This document shows, one piece after another, positions 18,881 through 29,673 of a stretch of 64,000 bases of DNA (positions are counted from its first letter, which is position 1; each line of letters begins with the position of its first letter). The DNA lies in contig CAIKMS010000009.1 of NCBI GenBank assembly GCA_903828595.1, positions 2,933 through 66,932 of the forward strand, given 5' to 3'. Source of the DNA: an uncultured Pseudomonadota bacterium (GTDB lineage: Bacteria > Pseudomonadota > Gammaproteobacteria > Steroidobacterales > Steroidobacteraceae). The position numbers and the translations under genes are program-made. Under the pieces are notes generated by a model. It saw only the letters and a program-made list of their open reading frames with translations. It did not search any database and was not told where the DNA came from.

Positions 18881-18948
18881 TACCGGCGAGTAGCGTCAAA
18901 AGGCCGATCAGGCGTAACGGCTTGACGCACGATGAACGGAGGATTTGA

Positions 18949-19311
18949 ATGAAAATCATGATCGTGGATGACTCCACGGCAATGCGCCTGATCGTTAAGC
19001 GGACGCTACGCCAAGCCGGATTTGAAGGCCATGAAATCGTTGAATGCGAGGATGGCGATCTCGCTTTGGGTGCTATCAAACGCGCCAAGCCGGATTTGGT
19101 GCTTTCCGATTGGAATATGCCAAAAATGACCGGCATTGAGCTTTTAGAAAAGCTCAGCGCCGAAGGTATCAAGATCAAGTTCGGCTTCGTGACTACCGAA
19201 GCGACCCCCGAAATGCGGGCTCGCGCGGATTTAGCTGGCGCGAACTTTCTGATCTCCAAGCCGTTTACGGCAGAAGTTTTTAAAGAAACGTTAGGTGCCT
19301 TCATCAAATAG
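18949..19311 (+). CDS. Single-domain CheY-like response regulator
   Basis: The 120-aa ORF reads MKIMIVDDSTAMR...VLSDWNMPKMTG...ISKPF. The antisense ORF at 18852..19307 is rejected. Confidence 0.88.
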   Translation: MKIMIVDDSTAMRLIVKRTLRQAGFEGHEIVECEDGDLALGAIKRAKPDLVLSDWNMPKMTGIELLEKLSAEGIKIKFGFVTTEATPEMRARADLAGANFLISKPFTAEVFKETLGAFIK

Positions 19312-19370
19312 GTACCTGGCTAAGGGCCGTTGGTGACTGGACCTAGTTGCAGTTGTGGGAGTAGAGCACA

Positions 19371-19844
19371 GTGATTACTTTTCCGATGCCGAGCTCTGAG
19401 AAAGTCAGTTCCATGATGGAAACCCTATTCGATGGCCTGGTGGTTAAGCCGGGTAAGTCGTTTGAGTGGGTGGAGTCGCGGGCTATGGTGGGGGTCTACG
19501 TGTCGGATGCTGGTGATGCAGTCGCAGCTTGTGCCACCGACTTCCCGCTCTCGGCGGTCTTAGGGTCGGCTCTGTCGATGTTGCCTCCGCCGGTCTGCAA
19601 AGAAGCCCTGACCAGCGGTGTGCTTAACGACGTGATGAAAGAGAACCTCAAGGAGATCATGAATATTTGTTCGCGCCTCCTGATGGACGATTTTTCACCG
19701 CATTTGAAGTTGCTGTCCATGCATCCGGCTCGCGGGTTGCCGCCGGCGGCAACCCGCATGTTGCTGGAAGTGCGTAATCGTGCGCATTTTGGTCTTAGCC
19801 TTCCGCGGTACGGTTCTGGTTTCTTGTCGGTTGTGAGTGTTTGA
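19371..19844 (+). CDS. CheX/CheC-superfamily-like protein (putative CheY-P phosphatase)
   Basis: The 157-aa ORF has a GTG start. Its overall pattern resembles CheX. LKEIMNICS matches the CheC/CheX/FliY E-x2-N active-site motif (compare GELTNMISG), and the gene is adjacent to a CheY-like gene. Confidence 0.5.
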   Translation: MITFPMPSSEKVSSMMETLFDGLVVKPGKSFEWVESRAMVGVYVSDAGDAVAACATDFPLSAVLGSALSMLPPPVCKEALTSGVLNDVMKENLKEIMNICSRLLMDDFSPHLKLLSMHPARGLPPAATRMLLEVRNRAHFGLSLPRYGSGFLSVVSV

Positions 19845-19853
19845 AGGATTACT

Positions 19854-20729
19854 ATGACTGATTCATCTGGGGCCATTGACGCAGGCCATGACGCTGCTTT
19901 TGAGTTTGTCAAAGGCTTAGCTTTTGAGTTATCAGCGGGCAAGATTGACCTTCCGTCGTTTCCTGATGTCGCGGTACGCGTACGACGTGCACTAGCCGAT
20001 GATCGAACCACCGTAGAGCAAGTCACGCGCATCGTAGGTTCCGAGCCGGCGCTGGCTGCTCGACTAATGAAAATGTCCAACTCCGCGATGCTCAATCGGT
20101 CGGGTAAACCGGTATCAGACCTTAAAGCTGCTATTGCGCGCATGGGTTACAACATGGTGCGCAGCGCGGCGATTTCGTTTGCTATGGCGCAGATTCGTGC
20201 GTCCGTGAACCTTAAGGCGGTAGAGAAACCCCTCAACGAATTATGGACGTACAGCACGCACGTAGCGGCGCTGTGCTATGTCGTCGCACGTAAGCAGACG
20301 AAATTAAATGCCGACGAGGCCTTTCTTGCGGGGCTTTTGCACGGCATCGGTAAGCTCTACATCTTATCGCGCTGTGATAAGCATCCGGTGTTGTTTGCTA
20401 ACGAGGAAGCGCTGAATCAGGTGATTCGCGATTGGCACGCCAGTGTGGGTAAAGCCATCTTAGAAAACTGGGAAATGTCCCCGTCGTTAATCGATGCCAT
20501 TGGCGATCAAGAGGATATCGAGCGCACCCACGAGGGTGCGGCTGATCTCACCGACGTGGTGATCTGCGCCAACATGATGGCAGCGTATTTTGATCAACCG
20601 GCAGACTTAGAGCTGAATATGCAGAATGTTGCAGCTTTTGGTCTGCTGCACATGGACGCACCCACGACACTGGCCACCGTTGACGAGTGCCGTGAGGAAG
20701 TTGAAGCCCTGAAGACGGCGCTCGGCTAA
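19854..20729 (+). CDS. HDOD-domain signalling protein
   Basis: The 291-aa ORF contains LPSFPDVAVRVRRAL and LAGLLHGIGKLYIL, typical of HDOD (a degenerate HD domain). Confidence 0.75.
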   Translation: MTDSSGAIDAGHDAAFEFVKGLAFELSAGKIDLPSFPDVAVRVRRALADDRTTVEQVTRIVGSEPALAARLMKMSNSAMLNRSGKPVSDLKAAIARMGYNMVRSAAISFAMAQIRASVNLKAVEKPLNELWTYSTHVAALCYVVARKQTKLNADEAFLAGLLHGIGKLYILSRCDKHPVLFANEEALNQVIRDWHASVGKAILENWEMSPSLIDAIGDQEDIERTHEGAADLTDVVICANMMAAYFDQPADLELNMQNVAAFGLLHMDAPTTLATVDECREEVEALKTALG

Positions 20730-20733
20730 GCGA

Positions 20734-23589
20734 TTACTTGGCTCGCTTGCCGCCTCGGCGCTTAGCCAGCTTCAAGGTCTCATCCAGATAGCCCGCCGTA
20801 TAGGAATTCTTCAACACGGCTATTTCCTCGGGCGTGCCTACGCCGAGGATCTGTCCGCCGCGCTGGCCTCCTTCAGGGCCTAAGTCGATAATCCAGTCGG
20901 CGCACTTGATCACATCCAAATTGTGTTCGATCACCACGATCGTGTTGCCTTCATCGCGCAAGCGCAGCAGTACTCGCAACAGTTGCGCGATGTCATGGAA
21001 GTGCAGGCCGGTGGTGGGTTCATCGAGGATATACAGGGTGCGGCCCGTGGCGCGTTTTGATAATTCTTTCGCTAGTTTCACGCGCTGTGCTTCGCCACCT
21101 GAGAGCGTGGTTGCGTTTTGTCCTAAACGTACGTAGGACAGGCCCACATCCATCAATGTCTGCAGCTTGGCGGCCACCACTGGAATGGGTCTGAAGAACT
21201 CCAGTGCGTCTTCGATAGTCATATCCAGGACTTCGTGGATGGTTCGCCCCTTGTAACGAATCTCAAGGGTTTCGCGGTTGTAACGTTTTCCCTTGCATGA
21301 GTCACAGGCGACGTAGACGTCCGGAAGAAAGTGCATCTCCACCTGAATGACGCCATCACCCTCACAGGCTTCGCAACGTCCACCCTTGACGTTAAAGCTA
21401 AAACGGCCGGGCTCGTAGCCTCTGGAGCGCGCTTCAGGGGTCGTTGAGAACAGCTCACGAATGGGCGTGAAAAGCCCTGTGTAGGTGGCTGGGTTGGAGC
21501 GCGGTGTGCGTCCTATTGGGCTTTGATCAATATCAATGACCCGATCCACATGTTCCATGCCTTCGACGCGGTCGCACGGTTCTGGCTCGGTATTGGAGTC
21601 GTTAAGCTTTTGCGCGACTTTGCGAAACAACGTGTCGTTAACCAGCGTTGATTTGCCGGACCCCGATACGCCCGTCACGCACGTCATAAGCCCAATGGGA
21701 AACTCCACCGTGACTTGTTTTAAGTTATTGCCACGTGCACCCACCACTCGCAACATTTTCTTGGCATTGGCTGCGACGCGCTTGGCGGGTACCGGTATCG
21801 CAAGCTTTCCAGATAGGTATTGCCCGGTAATGGATTCGGGTTCGGCTTCCAGATCGGCTGGCTTGCCTTGCGCGACGATGCGCCCACCGTGCACACCGGC
21901 GCCCGGGCCGATATCGACCACGTAGTCGGCCTGCCTAATGGCGTCCTCGTCGTGCTCAACGACAATAACCGTATTACCCAGGTTGCGTAGTCGAACCAGG
22001 GTGTCTAATAAACGCTGGTTATCGCGTTGATGCAGGCCTATCGATGGCTCATCCAGGATATACATGACACCGACTAATCCTGACCCTACCTGACTGGCTA
22101 GGCGGATACGTTGTGATTCACCGCCTGATAGCGTCTCTGCGCTTCGATCCAAGGTGAGGTAGTCCAAGCCCACATTGTTTAAGAAGCCCAATCGATCGTG
22201 AATTTCTTTGACGATTTTTACGGCAATTTCGCCGCGCCAACCCGAGAGGGTTAGTTCCTGAAAAAAGCCCATCGCGTCGCTGACTGAAAGTCGCGAAATA
22301 TCGGCGATGCTGCGTTTACCAATAAAGACGTTTCGTGGACCACGCGCTAAACGAGTGCCCAGACAGTCCGAGCAAGATTGTTTGCCTAAGTATTTAGAAA
22401 GCTCCTCGCGCACCATGGCCGAGTCGGTTTCTTTGTAGCGACGCTCCAGATTAGGGATGATGCCCTCAAACGGGTGGCGACGCTTGGTGGTTCCGCCGCG
22501 GCCATCGAAGTAGCGAAACTCAATAGTGTTCTCGCCGCTGCCGTACAAGAGCACCTTTTGGATGGCAGGAGTCAGATCGGCCCACGCCGCTTCAACATCA
22601 AACTTGTAGAATTTGGCTAGCGCTTGGATGAGCTGAAAATAATAAGCGTTGCGACGATCCCAGCCGCGTACGGCGCCTGAGGCCAGCGACAAGGTTGGCT
22701 GTGTCACCACCCGGTCTGGATCAAAGAACTGTTTAACGCCTAAGCCGTCGCAGGTTGGGCAGGCACCGTGTGGGTTGTTGAAAGAAAATAGTCGTGGCTC
22801 GAGTTCCGGTAGGGCATATCCGCAGATCGTGCAGGCAAACTTATCCGAGAACACCAAAGGTTCGCGTTTAGGCTCATCCATGAAGGCCACGGTAGCCAGC
22901 CCGCCGCCCAGTTTCAGCGCGGTTTCGAAGGACTCAGCAAGGCGCTGACCGATATCGGCTCGCACTTTTATGCGATCAATTACCGCCTCAATGGTGTGCT
23001 TGCGGCGCTGATCCAGTTTGGGGGTCGCATCCAAATCAACGACATGACCATCGATGCGCGCACGCACGTAGCCTTTTCCGCGTAGCTCTTCCAGCAGTTG
23101 GACGTGCTCGCCCTTGCGATCCTTGATGACCGGTGCCAGAAGCAGTAACGGTGTCCCCTCGGGCAGCAAGAGCACTTGATCGACCATTTGACTTACCGTC
23201 TGCGCGGTCAGGTCCAGCTGATGATCAGGGCAGCGAGGCGTGCCCGCGCGGGCGTACAACAGGCGAAGGTAGTCGTAGATCTCGGTGACCGTACCCACCG
23301 TTGAGCGTGGATTGTGAGAGGTGGACTTTTGCTCGATAGAGATGGCTGGGCTTAACCCATCGATGCTGTCGACATCGGGCTTTTCCATCATCGAGAGAAA
23401 TTGCCGGGCGTAAGCCGACAGGGACTCCACGTAGCGACGCTGACCCTCAGCGTAGATGGTGTCAAAAGCCAATGAGGATTTGCCGGAGCCCGACAAGCCG
23501 GTAAAAACGATTAACTGATCGCGTGGCAGCGTGAGATCAACGTTTTTAAGATTGTGCGTACGTGCGCCGCGAATCTGGATGAACTGCAT
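20734..23589 (-). CDS. uvrA: Excinuclease ABC subunit UvrA
   Basis: The 951-aa ORF begins [11 protein letters not shown], has GLSGSGKSS and GVSGSGKST Walker A motifs, two LSGGE signatures and zinc-finger Cys clusters. Confidence 0.97.
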   Translation of the reverse strand: MQFIQIRGARTHNLKNVDLTLPRDQLIVFTGLSGSGKSSLAFDTIYAEGQRRYVESLSAYARQFLSMMEKPDVDSIDGLSPAISIEQKSTSHNPRSTVGTVTEIYDYLRLLYARAGTPRCPDHQLDLTAQTVSQMVDQVLLLPEGTPLLLLAPVIKDRKGEHVQLLEELRGKGYVRARIDGHVVDLDATPKLDQRRKHTIEAVIDRIKVRADIGQRLAESFETALKLGGGLATVAFMDEPKREPLVFSDKFACTICGYALPELEPRLFSFNNPHGACPTCDGLGVKQFFDPDRVVTQPTLSLASGAVRGWDRRNAYYFQLIQALAKFYKFDVEAAWADLTPAIQKVLLYGSGENTIEFRYFDGRGGTTKRRHPFEGIIPNLERRYKETDSAMVREELSKYLGKQSCSDCLGTRLARGPRNVFIGKRSIADISRLSVSDAMGFFQELTLSGWRGEIAVKIVKEIHDRLGFLNNVGLDYLTLDRSAETLSGGESQRIRLASQVGSGLVGVMYILDEPSIGLHQRDNQRLLDTLVRLRNLGNTVIVVEHDEDAIRQADYVVDIGPGAGVHGGRIVAQGKPADLEAEPESITGQYLSGKLAIPVPAKRVAANAKKMLRVVGARGNNLKQVTVEFPIGLMTCVTGVSGSGKSTLVNDTLFRKVAQKLNDSNTEPEPCDRVEGMEHVDRVIDIDQSPIGRTPRSNPATYTGLFTPIRELFSTTPEARSRGYEPGRFSFNVKGGRCEACEGDGVIQVEMHFLPDVYVACDSCKGKRYNRETLEIRYKGRTIHEVLDMTIEDALEFFRPIPVVAAKLQTLMDVGLSYVRLGQNATTLSGGEAQRVKLAKELSKRATGRTLYILDEPTTGLHFHDIAQLLRVLLRLRDEGNTIVVIEHNLDVIKCADWIIDLGPEGGQRGGQILGVGTPEEIAVLKNSYTAGYLDETLKLAKRRGGKRAK

Positions 23590-23914
23590 CGTCTTTTATT
23601 CCGGAAATAAGGGCCAATCTTCTAAAATAGCGCCGACTTGGGCGTTGTGCCAAACAAGTTCGCATGTCTAGGACAATTTGCCGACTAACTCGGGCATCAG
23701 CGACGATTCTCGTGTCGGTGGGCGTGGCCGAGTCGGGTACACTGCGGGGTACCGATCCGTTAAGGCTGACGGCGATGGGTCAGCGGCTGATACCGCCGGT
23801 GCTCGGCTTCGCAAACCTTATCGAGTGGCGTAAAAAGTAGACAAAGAGTTGGCGAAGCGCGTCTTAATCGCCCGCTGGCTCGATTTAAGTCTTTAAATTA
23901 CAAGGAGTTTTAAA

Positions 23915-24415
23915 ATGGCACGTGGTATTAACAAGGTGATTCTGGTGGGGAATCTCGGAAAAGACCCTGAAACCCGTGCCATGCCCAGCGGCAAAGCCGT
24001 CACCAACTTGAGTATTGCGACCTCGGAGAGCTGGCGCGACAAGCAAACCGGAGAGCAGAAAGAGCAGACGGAGTGGCACAACATCGTATTTTTTGATCGG
24101 CTGGCTGAGATTGCCGCCGAGTACCTGCGTAAAGGTTCAAAAATTTACGTGGAAGGCAAATTGCGCACGCGCAAGTGGCAGGACAAGACCACCGGCCAGG
24201 ATCGTTACACCACGGAAATCGTGGCCAATGAAATGCAGATGCTGGATATGGCTCGTGGTGGCGCGGGCGCGGGCGGCGAATTTGGCGGTGCAAGCCCTAG
24301 CCGTGGAAGCAGCGCGGGGCGTCCTGCGGCCGCTCCGGCTCCTGACTTTGATCAGGGCGGTGGCCATGGCGGTGGACGCGGCGATGATGTCTTTGACGAC
24401 GACATCCCGTTCTAA
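23915..24415 (+). CDS. ssb: Single-stranded DNA-binding protein
   Basis: The 166-aa ORF begins [19 protein letters not shown], has a Gly-rich linker and ends in the acidic tip DDDIPF. It is divergent from uvrA, as in E. coli. Confidence 0.95.
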   Translation: MARGINKVILVGNLGKDPETRAMPSGKAVTNLSIATSESWRDKQTGEQKEQTEWHNIVFFDRLAEIAAEYLRKGSKIYVEGKLRTRKWQDKTTGQDRYTTEIVANEMQMLDMARGGAGAGGEFGGASPSRGSSAGRPAAAPAPDFDQGGGHGGGRGDDVFDDDIPF

Positions 24416-24463
24416 GCCGCGCTTGCGCTTTTATACAATGAGTTTGGATTTAACGAGTCGCGC

Positions 24464-25831
24464 ATGACTGGCTATCTGTATTTGAAAACCTACGGTTGTC
24501 AGATGAATGAGTACGACTCGAACCGTCTGGCGGATGTTTTGCGCGCGGAGTCCGGGCTCACGGTGACCCAGGATGTAGCGCAAGCTAACGTTATTCTGGT
24601 GAATACCTGCTCGGTGCGTGAAAAAGCCGAGGACAAGTTGTTCTCGAAGCTGGGTTTGTTTCGCGAGATGAAAGAGATCAATCCCGATCTGGTCATCGGC
24701 GTCGGCGGCTGTGTGGCCAGCCAAGAGGGTGAGGGCATTGTGCGCCGTGCACCGTTCATCGACCTGGTGTTCGGGCCGCAGACCTTGCATCGAGTGCCGG
24801 CTATGCTGCGCGCACTGAAAGCCACCGGCAAACCCCAGGTCGATGTGAGCTTTCCGGAAATAGAAAAATTCGATCGGCTACCAACGCCGCAGGTTACCAA
24901 GGCCAGCGGTTACGTTTCGGTGATGGAAGGCTGCAGCAAGTACTGCAGTTTCTGCGTGGTGCCTTATACCCGCGGTGATGAAATCAGTCGCCCATTCAAC
25001 GACGTTGTGAACGAAGTCGCCTCGTTGGCGGAGCAGGGTGTGCGCGAGTTGACCTTATTGGGACAGAACGTGAACGCCTACGCCGGACCGATGCCGGACG
25101 GTACGATCGCAGATCTGGCTTTTCTTATCGAAAAAGTGGCGACCTTTGAGGGTATTGAGCGTATTCGCTTTATGACGTCGCACCCGCTGGAGTTCGGAGA
25201 CCGATTGATTGAGGCCTATGGAAAAGTGCCGAAGCTGGCCAATGCGCTGCACCTGCCGGTGCAATCAGGCTCGGATCGTATCTTGTCTTTGATGAAGCGC
25301 GGTTACACGACTCTGGAATACAAGCAAAAGATTCGTAAGTTGCGGGCGGTGCGTCCGGATATCTCGATCTCCACAGACTTTATCATCGGTTTCCCTGGCG
25401 AGACTGAGCAGGATGTTCAGGCCACCCTACGCTTCGCGCAAGAAGTTGGCTTCGATCAGTCCTTCAGCTTTGTCTACAGCCGTCGACCCGGTACACCGGC
25501 AGCCGCGCTGCCTGATGATGTATCGCCGGAAGAAAAGATTGGGCGACTGGAGCGTTTGCAGGACTTAATCAACGGTCAAGCGCGTCAAATCAGCCAAAGC
25601 ATGGTGGGCAGCATTCAGCGAGTGTTTGTTGATCGGCATTCACGCCGTGACGCCAATGAATTAGCGGGACGCACTGAAAATAGCCGTTGGGTCAACTTTC
25701 CTGGTCCCGAGGAATATTTGCAGCACTACGTTGATGTGCTGATTACCGAAGCTATGCCTAACTCACTACGCGGGCGGGTAGTCACCGATGCGGATCGCCC
25801 GATGACCGCCACGGGTGTTGCGATTGGCTAA
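24464..25831 (+). CDS. miaB: tRNA-i6A37 methylthiotransferase MiaB
   Basis: The 455-aa ORF contains [12 protein letters not shown] and a radical-SAM CSKYCSFC motif. Confidence 0.93.
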   Translation: MTGYLYLKTYGCQMNEYDSNRLADVLRAESGLTVTQDVAQANVILVNTCSVREKAEDKLFSKLGLFREMKEINPDLVIGVGGCVASQEGEGIVRRAPFIDLVFGPQTLHRVPAMLRALKATGKPQVDVSFPEIEKFDRLPTPQVTKASGYVSVMEGCSKYCSFCVVPYTRGDEISRPFNDVVNEVASLAEQGVRELTLLGQNVNAYAGPMPDGTIADLAFLIEKVATFEGIERIRFMTSHPLEFGDRLIEAYGKVPKLANALHLPVQSGSDRILSLMKRGYTTLEYKQKIRKLRAVRPDISISTDFIIGFPGETEQDVQATLRFAQEVGFDQSFSFVYSRRPGTPAAALPDDVSPEEKIGRLERLQDLINGQARQISQSMVGSIQRVFVDRHSRRDANELAGRTENSRWVNFPGPEEYLQHYVDVLITEAMPNSLRGRVVTDADRPMTATGVAIG

Positions 25832-26804
25832 TCTGGCTAGCCGTCACGAAGTCGACTTCGAACCCGCTGACAATGATCGGCTTGCGAGTTTATGTGGTCC
25901 TTTGGACGAGCACCTGCGTCAAATAGAGCAGCGATTAGCCGTTTCTATTAAGCGACGTAGCCAGCGGTTTGTCGTGGAAGGTGCTCGCGCTCAGGAAGCC
26001 TTGTCTGTTCTTCGCGCCTTGTATAGCCGTGCGAGTGCCGGTTTGGCGCCTGCGGATGTTCATTTAGCTATTCAGGAAGCCGGTATGACTGACGTTGTGG
26101 TGCCCGTGCACGGATTTGCTGAGGCGGATCGGGGGGGCGATGAGGTTGAGGTTCAAACACAGCGCGGTCGTATCCGTGGTCGTGGCCCAAACCAGGCGCA
26201 GTATCTAAAGCAAATTCGCGATTTGGATCTGACTTTTGGTATCGGTCCGGCTGGAACCGGTAAGACTTATCTGGCCGTCGCGTGTGCGGTCGAAGCCTTA
26301 CAGGCTGATCTGGTTCGGCGAATCGTCCTAGTACGCCCGGCCGTCGAGGCCGGTGAACGCTTGGGCTTTCTACCGGGTGATCTGACTCAAAAAGTGGATC
26401 CCTATCTGCGGCCAATGTACGACGCGCTGTATGAGATGCTCGGCTTTGATCGCGTCATGCGCTTGATTGAGCGGCATGTCATTGAAATTGCGCCACTGGC
26501 CTTCATGCGAGGTCGTACGCTCAATGAGGCATTCATTATTCTAGATGAAGCCCAGAACACTACCGTTGAGCAGATGAAGATGTTTCTGACCCGCTTAGGC
26601 TTTGGATCTAAAGCCGTGGTCACCGGTGATATCACGCAGACTGACCTGCCAACTAATCGCCTGTCGGGCTTGCGCCATGCGATGCACGTGCTGGATGGGG
26701 TCCATGGCGTTGCTTTCACGCAATTTACCTCGCGCGACGTTGTCCGGCATCCCTTGGTACAACGGATCGTGCAGGCCTATGAGCGCCACGGCGACGGGTC
26801 ATGA
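25815..26804 (+). CDS. ybeZ: PhoH-like ATPase (YbeZ)
   Basis: The ORF contains [13 protein letters not shown] (Walker A) and IILDEAQN. The start is uncertain, because the GTG at 25815 overlaps the miaB end. Confidence 0.85.
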   Translation: MLRLANLASRHEVDFEPADNDRLASLCGPLDEHLRQIEQRLAVSIKRRSQRFVVEGARAQEALSVLRALYSRASAGLAPADVHLAIQEAGMTDVVVPVHGFAEADRGGDEVEVQTQRGRIRGRGPNQAQYLKQIRDLDLTFGIGPAGTGKTYLAVACAVEALQADLVRRIVLVRPAVEAGERLGFLPGDLTQKVDPYLRPMYDALYEMLGFDRVMRLIERHVIEIAPLAFMRGRTLNEAFIILDEAQNTTVEQMKMFLTRLGFGSKAVVTGDITQTDLPTNRLSGLRHAMHVLDGVHGVAFTQFTSRDVVRHPLVQRIVQAYERHGDGS

Positions 26805-27256
26805 AGTCTGTCATTGAGGTTTCGCGGGCGACTACGTCCGGCTGGGCTCCGGGAGACAAGCGTCTGATTGAGTGGGCTGGCGTCGCCATGGGTCGCACGC
26901 GCGGGGATTTGTGTATCCGGATCATTGGCCCGCGTGAAAGCCGAGTGCTGAATGCAACGTATTTGCAGCATGATTATGCGACTAATGTGCTGGCATTTCC
27001 GGCTGGAGACTTGCCGCAGGGCAGTGCCGGTGCTGCGGTGCTGGGTGATATCGCTATTTGTGTATCGGTGGTAGCACGTGAGGCGCGAGCGCAGAACAAA
27101 ACGCTGGCTGCGCACTGGGCCCACATGGTGGTTCATGGCGTCCTTCATTTGCGTGGCTATGATCACATGAACGATGCGGATGCCTCGCGCATGGAGCGTC
27201 AGGAACGGTTGCTGCTGGCTAAACTGGGATTTGCCGATCCCTACCAGGATTACTGA
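26801..27256 (+). CDS. ybeY: Endoribonuclease YbeY
   Basis: The 151-aa ORF has the zinc motif HGVLHLRGYDH. Confidence 0.9.
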   Translation: MKSVIEVSRATTSGWAPGDKRLIEWAGVAMGRTRGDLCIRIIGPRESRVLNATYLQHDYATNVLAFPAGDLPQGSAGAAVLGDIAICVSVVAREARAQNKTLAAHWAHMVVHGVLHLRGYDHMNDADASRMERQERLLLAKLGFADPYQDY

Positions 27257-27261
27257 AGACT

Positions 27262-28128
27262 ATGGCTGATGACATGCCCAAAGAGGTTCGCCGCAGTTGG
27301 CTTAGCCGCCTACGCGATCAGTTAACCGGCGAACCGCAGGATCGTGCCGAACTCCTGGAGGAAATGCGCGACGCTGAAAAGCGCGGGCTGCTGGATCCGG
27401 ACTCGTTACAAATGATTGAGGGTGTGATCAGTGTTGCCGAATTACGCGTGCGCGACATTATGGTGGCGCGCTCGCAGATGACGGTGCTGAATCGTGCTGA
27501 TCCAGTCAAAAAGATTTTGCCGGTTGTGCTGGAGTCCGGACACTCCCGGTTCCCCGTGACGGGAGAGGATCGCGATACGATTGCCGGTATCTTGCTTGCC
27601 AAGGATCTGTTGCGTCTCTCCGCGGAAGGGCAGCGCGATGATTTTGATATCCGTGAGGTTATGCGGCCCGCGGTTTTTGTTCCTGAAAGCAAGCGGCTGA
27701 ACGTGTTGTTAAAGGAATTTCGTACTAATCGGCATCACATGGCGATTGTGGTGGACGAATACGGCGGCGTAGCCGGTCTGGTCACGATCGAAGATGTGAT
27801 TGAGCAGATCGTCGGCGATATCGCCGATGAGTACGACATTGAGGACGATAAACCCATCCGGCGCGATGCGGAAGCTCAGTACACCGTGCATGCTCTGACG
27901 CGCATTGAGGACTTTAATGAGTACTTCGATGTGCAGTTGCCTGACCAAGAGTTCGACACCATTGGCGGGTTGGTTGCTCACGAATTTGGCCGCTTACCAC
28001 GCCGTGGTGATGCTGTGGCGATCGCGGGATTCGATTTTCGCGTACTACGCGCGGAGCGTCGACGCATTGATCTTTTAAAGGTCATCTCGCCTAAGGATGT
28101 GTTGACCGCGGATGATGCTGATGTCTGA
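27262..28128 (+). CDS. corC: CBS-pair / CorC-HlyC domain magnesium-cobalt efflux-associated protein
   Basis: The 288-aa ORF contains MAIVVDEYGGVAGLVTIEDV (CBS) and a C-terminal transporter-associated domain. It lies in the miaB-ybeZ-ybeY-corC-lnt synteny block. Confidence 0.88.
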   Translation: MADDMPKEVRRSWLSRLRDQLTGEPQDRAELLEEMRDAEKRGLLDPDSLQMIEGVISVAELRVRDIMVARSQMTVLNRADPVKKILPVVLESGHSRFPVTGEDRDTIAGILLAKDLLRLSAEGQRDDFDIREVMRPAVFVPESKRLNVLLKEFRTNRHHMAIVVDEYGGVAGLVTIEDVIEQIVGDIADEYDIEDDKPIRRDAEAQYTVHALTRIEDFNEYFDVQLPDQEFDTIGGLVAHEFGRLPRRGDAVAIAGFDFRVLRAERRRIDLLKVISPKDVLTADDADV

Positions 28129-29620
28129 TCGGTTTGCGGGCTGGGCCATGGGTCGGTCAGCACCTGGCCTGTCGTTGCTTCTTGGAGCTTTCTGCGCCTT
28201 ATCCTTTGCACCGCACTCGTGGTGGCCGTTATCTATTTTGTCGCTCACCGCGCTGTGGGGACTGTGGAGCCGCCAGTCGCGAAGTCAAGCCGCTGTCTGC
28301 GGGCTGGCGTTTGGAGTCGGTTTATTCACCGCTGGCACCTACTGGACCTACACCGCTGTGCATGGTTTTGGTGGAGCACCCGTGGCGTTGAGCTTGTTTT
28401 TGAGTGGTGCTTTAGTGCTGGTGATGGCTTTGTATTACGCCTTAGTCGGTGCGCTGTACGTGGGGTTGCGCCGCCGTGCGCCACGCTGGGACTGTTTGAT
28501 TTTTCTGCCGGCCACCTGGGTGTTGATGGAATGGTTTCGCGGCTGGTTTTTGACCGGCTTTCCCTGGCTGGCATTAGGCTATGGACAGCTGGATACACCG
28601 CTGGCCGGCTACGCACCGGTGTTGGGTGTCTACGGTGTGAGTTTGGCCGTGTGCGTGGTGGCCGCGAGTCTATTGCTCGCGCTGCAGGGTCAGCGGTTGC
28701 TGGGCGGTCTGGTCGTGATCGCTGTCTATGCGATAGGCGCGATCTTGCAGCAGGTGAGTTTCGTCCACCCGAGCGGGGCGCCGGTCAGTGTGGCGATCGT
28801 CCAGGGTGCTGTGCCTCAAGACGAGAAGTGGCAGGCGACTAACCAAATTCCCACTCAGCGTTTATACGCCCGTCTGTCTGCTACGGCGTTTGGTAGCCGA
28901 ATTATCCTCTGGCCTGAAGCGGCCTTGCCGCAGCTGTATCACGAGGTAGTGCCGTTTTTGGCGGATTTTTACGCGAACGCTCACGCGCAGGGTTCTGATC
29001 TGGTTCTGGGGCTGCTGCGATACGACCCGGATACTGATTCAATTCGCAACGGGCTGCTGGCGCTGGGTGACGACGAGCAGTGGTACTACAAGCGGCACTT
29101 AGTTCCGTTTGGCGAGTACTTTCCCGTTCCGGATTTTCTGCGCAGTTGGATGCGTATTCAGAATATGACTTTTGTTGACTTAGCGCCCGGCCACTCGGGG
29201 CAGCCGCCGCTGACGGTGGGTGGTTTACGTTTGGGCGAAACGATCTGCTACGAAGACTCCTACGGTGCAGAGCAGTTAGCGATATTGACGCAGGCCAATG
29301 TCTTGGTGAATGTCAGTAACGACGCTTGGTATGGCGACTCATCCGCCGCTCATGAACATTTGGAAATTACCCGTATGCGAGCCTTGGAGGCCGGGCGCTA
29401 CATGATGCGCGCTACCAATAACGGCATCTCAGCGATCATCGCCAATGATGGCCACCTCGTTGCCCGCAGCGCGCAATTCGTACCTCAGGTTTTAAAAGGT
29501 GAGGTCATACCTTTCGAGGGGCTAACGCTTTACGCGCGATGGGGTAACTACCCGGTGCTGCTCAGTTGTTTTGCCGGGTTGCTGTTAAGTATTGCCCTGC
29601 GCTGGCTTCAGCGCGCCTGA
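28112..29620 (+). CDS. lnt: Apolipoprotein N-acyltransferase
   Basis: The 502-aa ORF has a multi-TM N-terminus and a C-N hydrolase domain with WPE and ICYED catalytic motifs. Confidence 0.9.
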   Translation: MMLMSDRFAGWAMGRSAPGLSLLLGAFCALSFAPHSWWPLSILSLTALWGLWSRQSRSQAAVCGLAFGVGLFTAGTYWTYTAVHGFGGAPVALSLFLSGALVLVMALYYALVGALYVGLRRRAPRWDCLIFLPATWVLMEWFRGWFLTGFPWLALGYGQLDTPLAGYAPVLGVYGVSLAVCVVAASLLLALQGQRLLGGLVVIAVYAIGAILQQVSFVHPSGAPVSVAIVQGAVPQDEKWQATNQIPTQRLYARLSATAFGSRIILWPEAALPQLYHEVVPFLADFYANAHAQGSDLVLGLLRYDPDTDSIRNGLLALGDDEQWYYKRHLVPFGEYFPVPDFLRSWMRIQNMTFVDLAPGHSGQPPLTVGGLRLGETICYEDSYGAEQLAILTQANVLVNVSNDAWYGDSSAAHEHLEITRMRALEAGRYMMRATNNGISAIIANDGHLVARSAQFVPQVLKGEVIPFEGLTLYARWGNYPVLLSCFAGLLLSIALRWLQRA

Positions 29621-29673
29621 CGCTCGGCGCATTAATTTCTAAACGACATAGCTTGGACTCGAAGCCGTCATGG

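Noticed and set aside
18852-19307. 151-aa minus-strand ORF antisense to the CheY-like gene.
   Set aside because: The plus-strand frame encodes an unmistakable receiver domain (DD...D...T...KPF). The antisense product has no recognisable features.
19496-20143. 215-aa minus-strand ORF spanning the CheX-like and HDOD genes.
   Set aside because: It overlaps two plus-strand genes that have family-typical motifs. Its composition (Arg/Ser/Ala-rich) is typical of an antisense frame in GC-rich DNA.
23590-23914. Search for a LexA (SOS) box in the divergent uvrA-ssb intergenic region. I also examined a GGCCGAGTCGGGT stretch that superficially resembles a tRNA D-arm.
   Set aside because: I found no CTGT-N8-ACAG element; the nearest is CTG-N12-CAG at CTGACGGCGATGGGTCAG. 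I also found no Xanthomonad-type TTAGTA...TACTAA box. The tRNA-like stretch cannot be folded into a cloverleaf. The region is GC-rich with several short inverted repeats, but I cannot assign a function.
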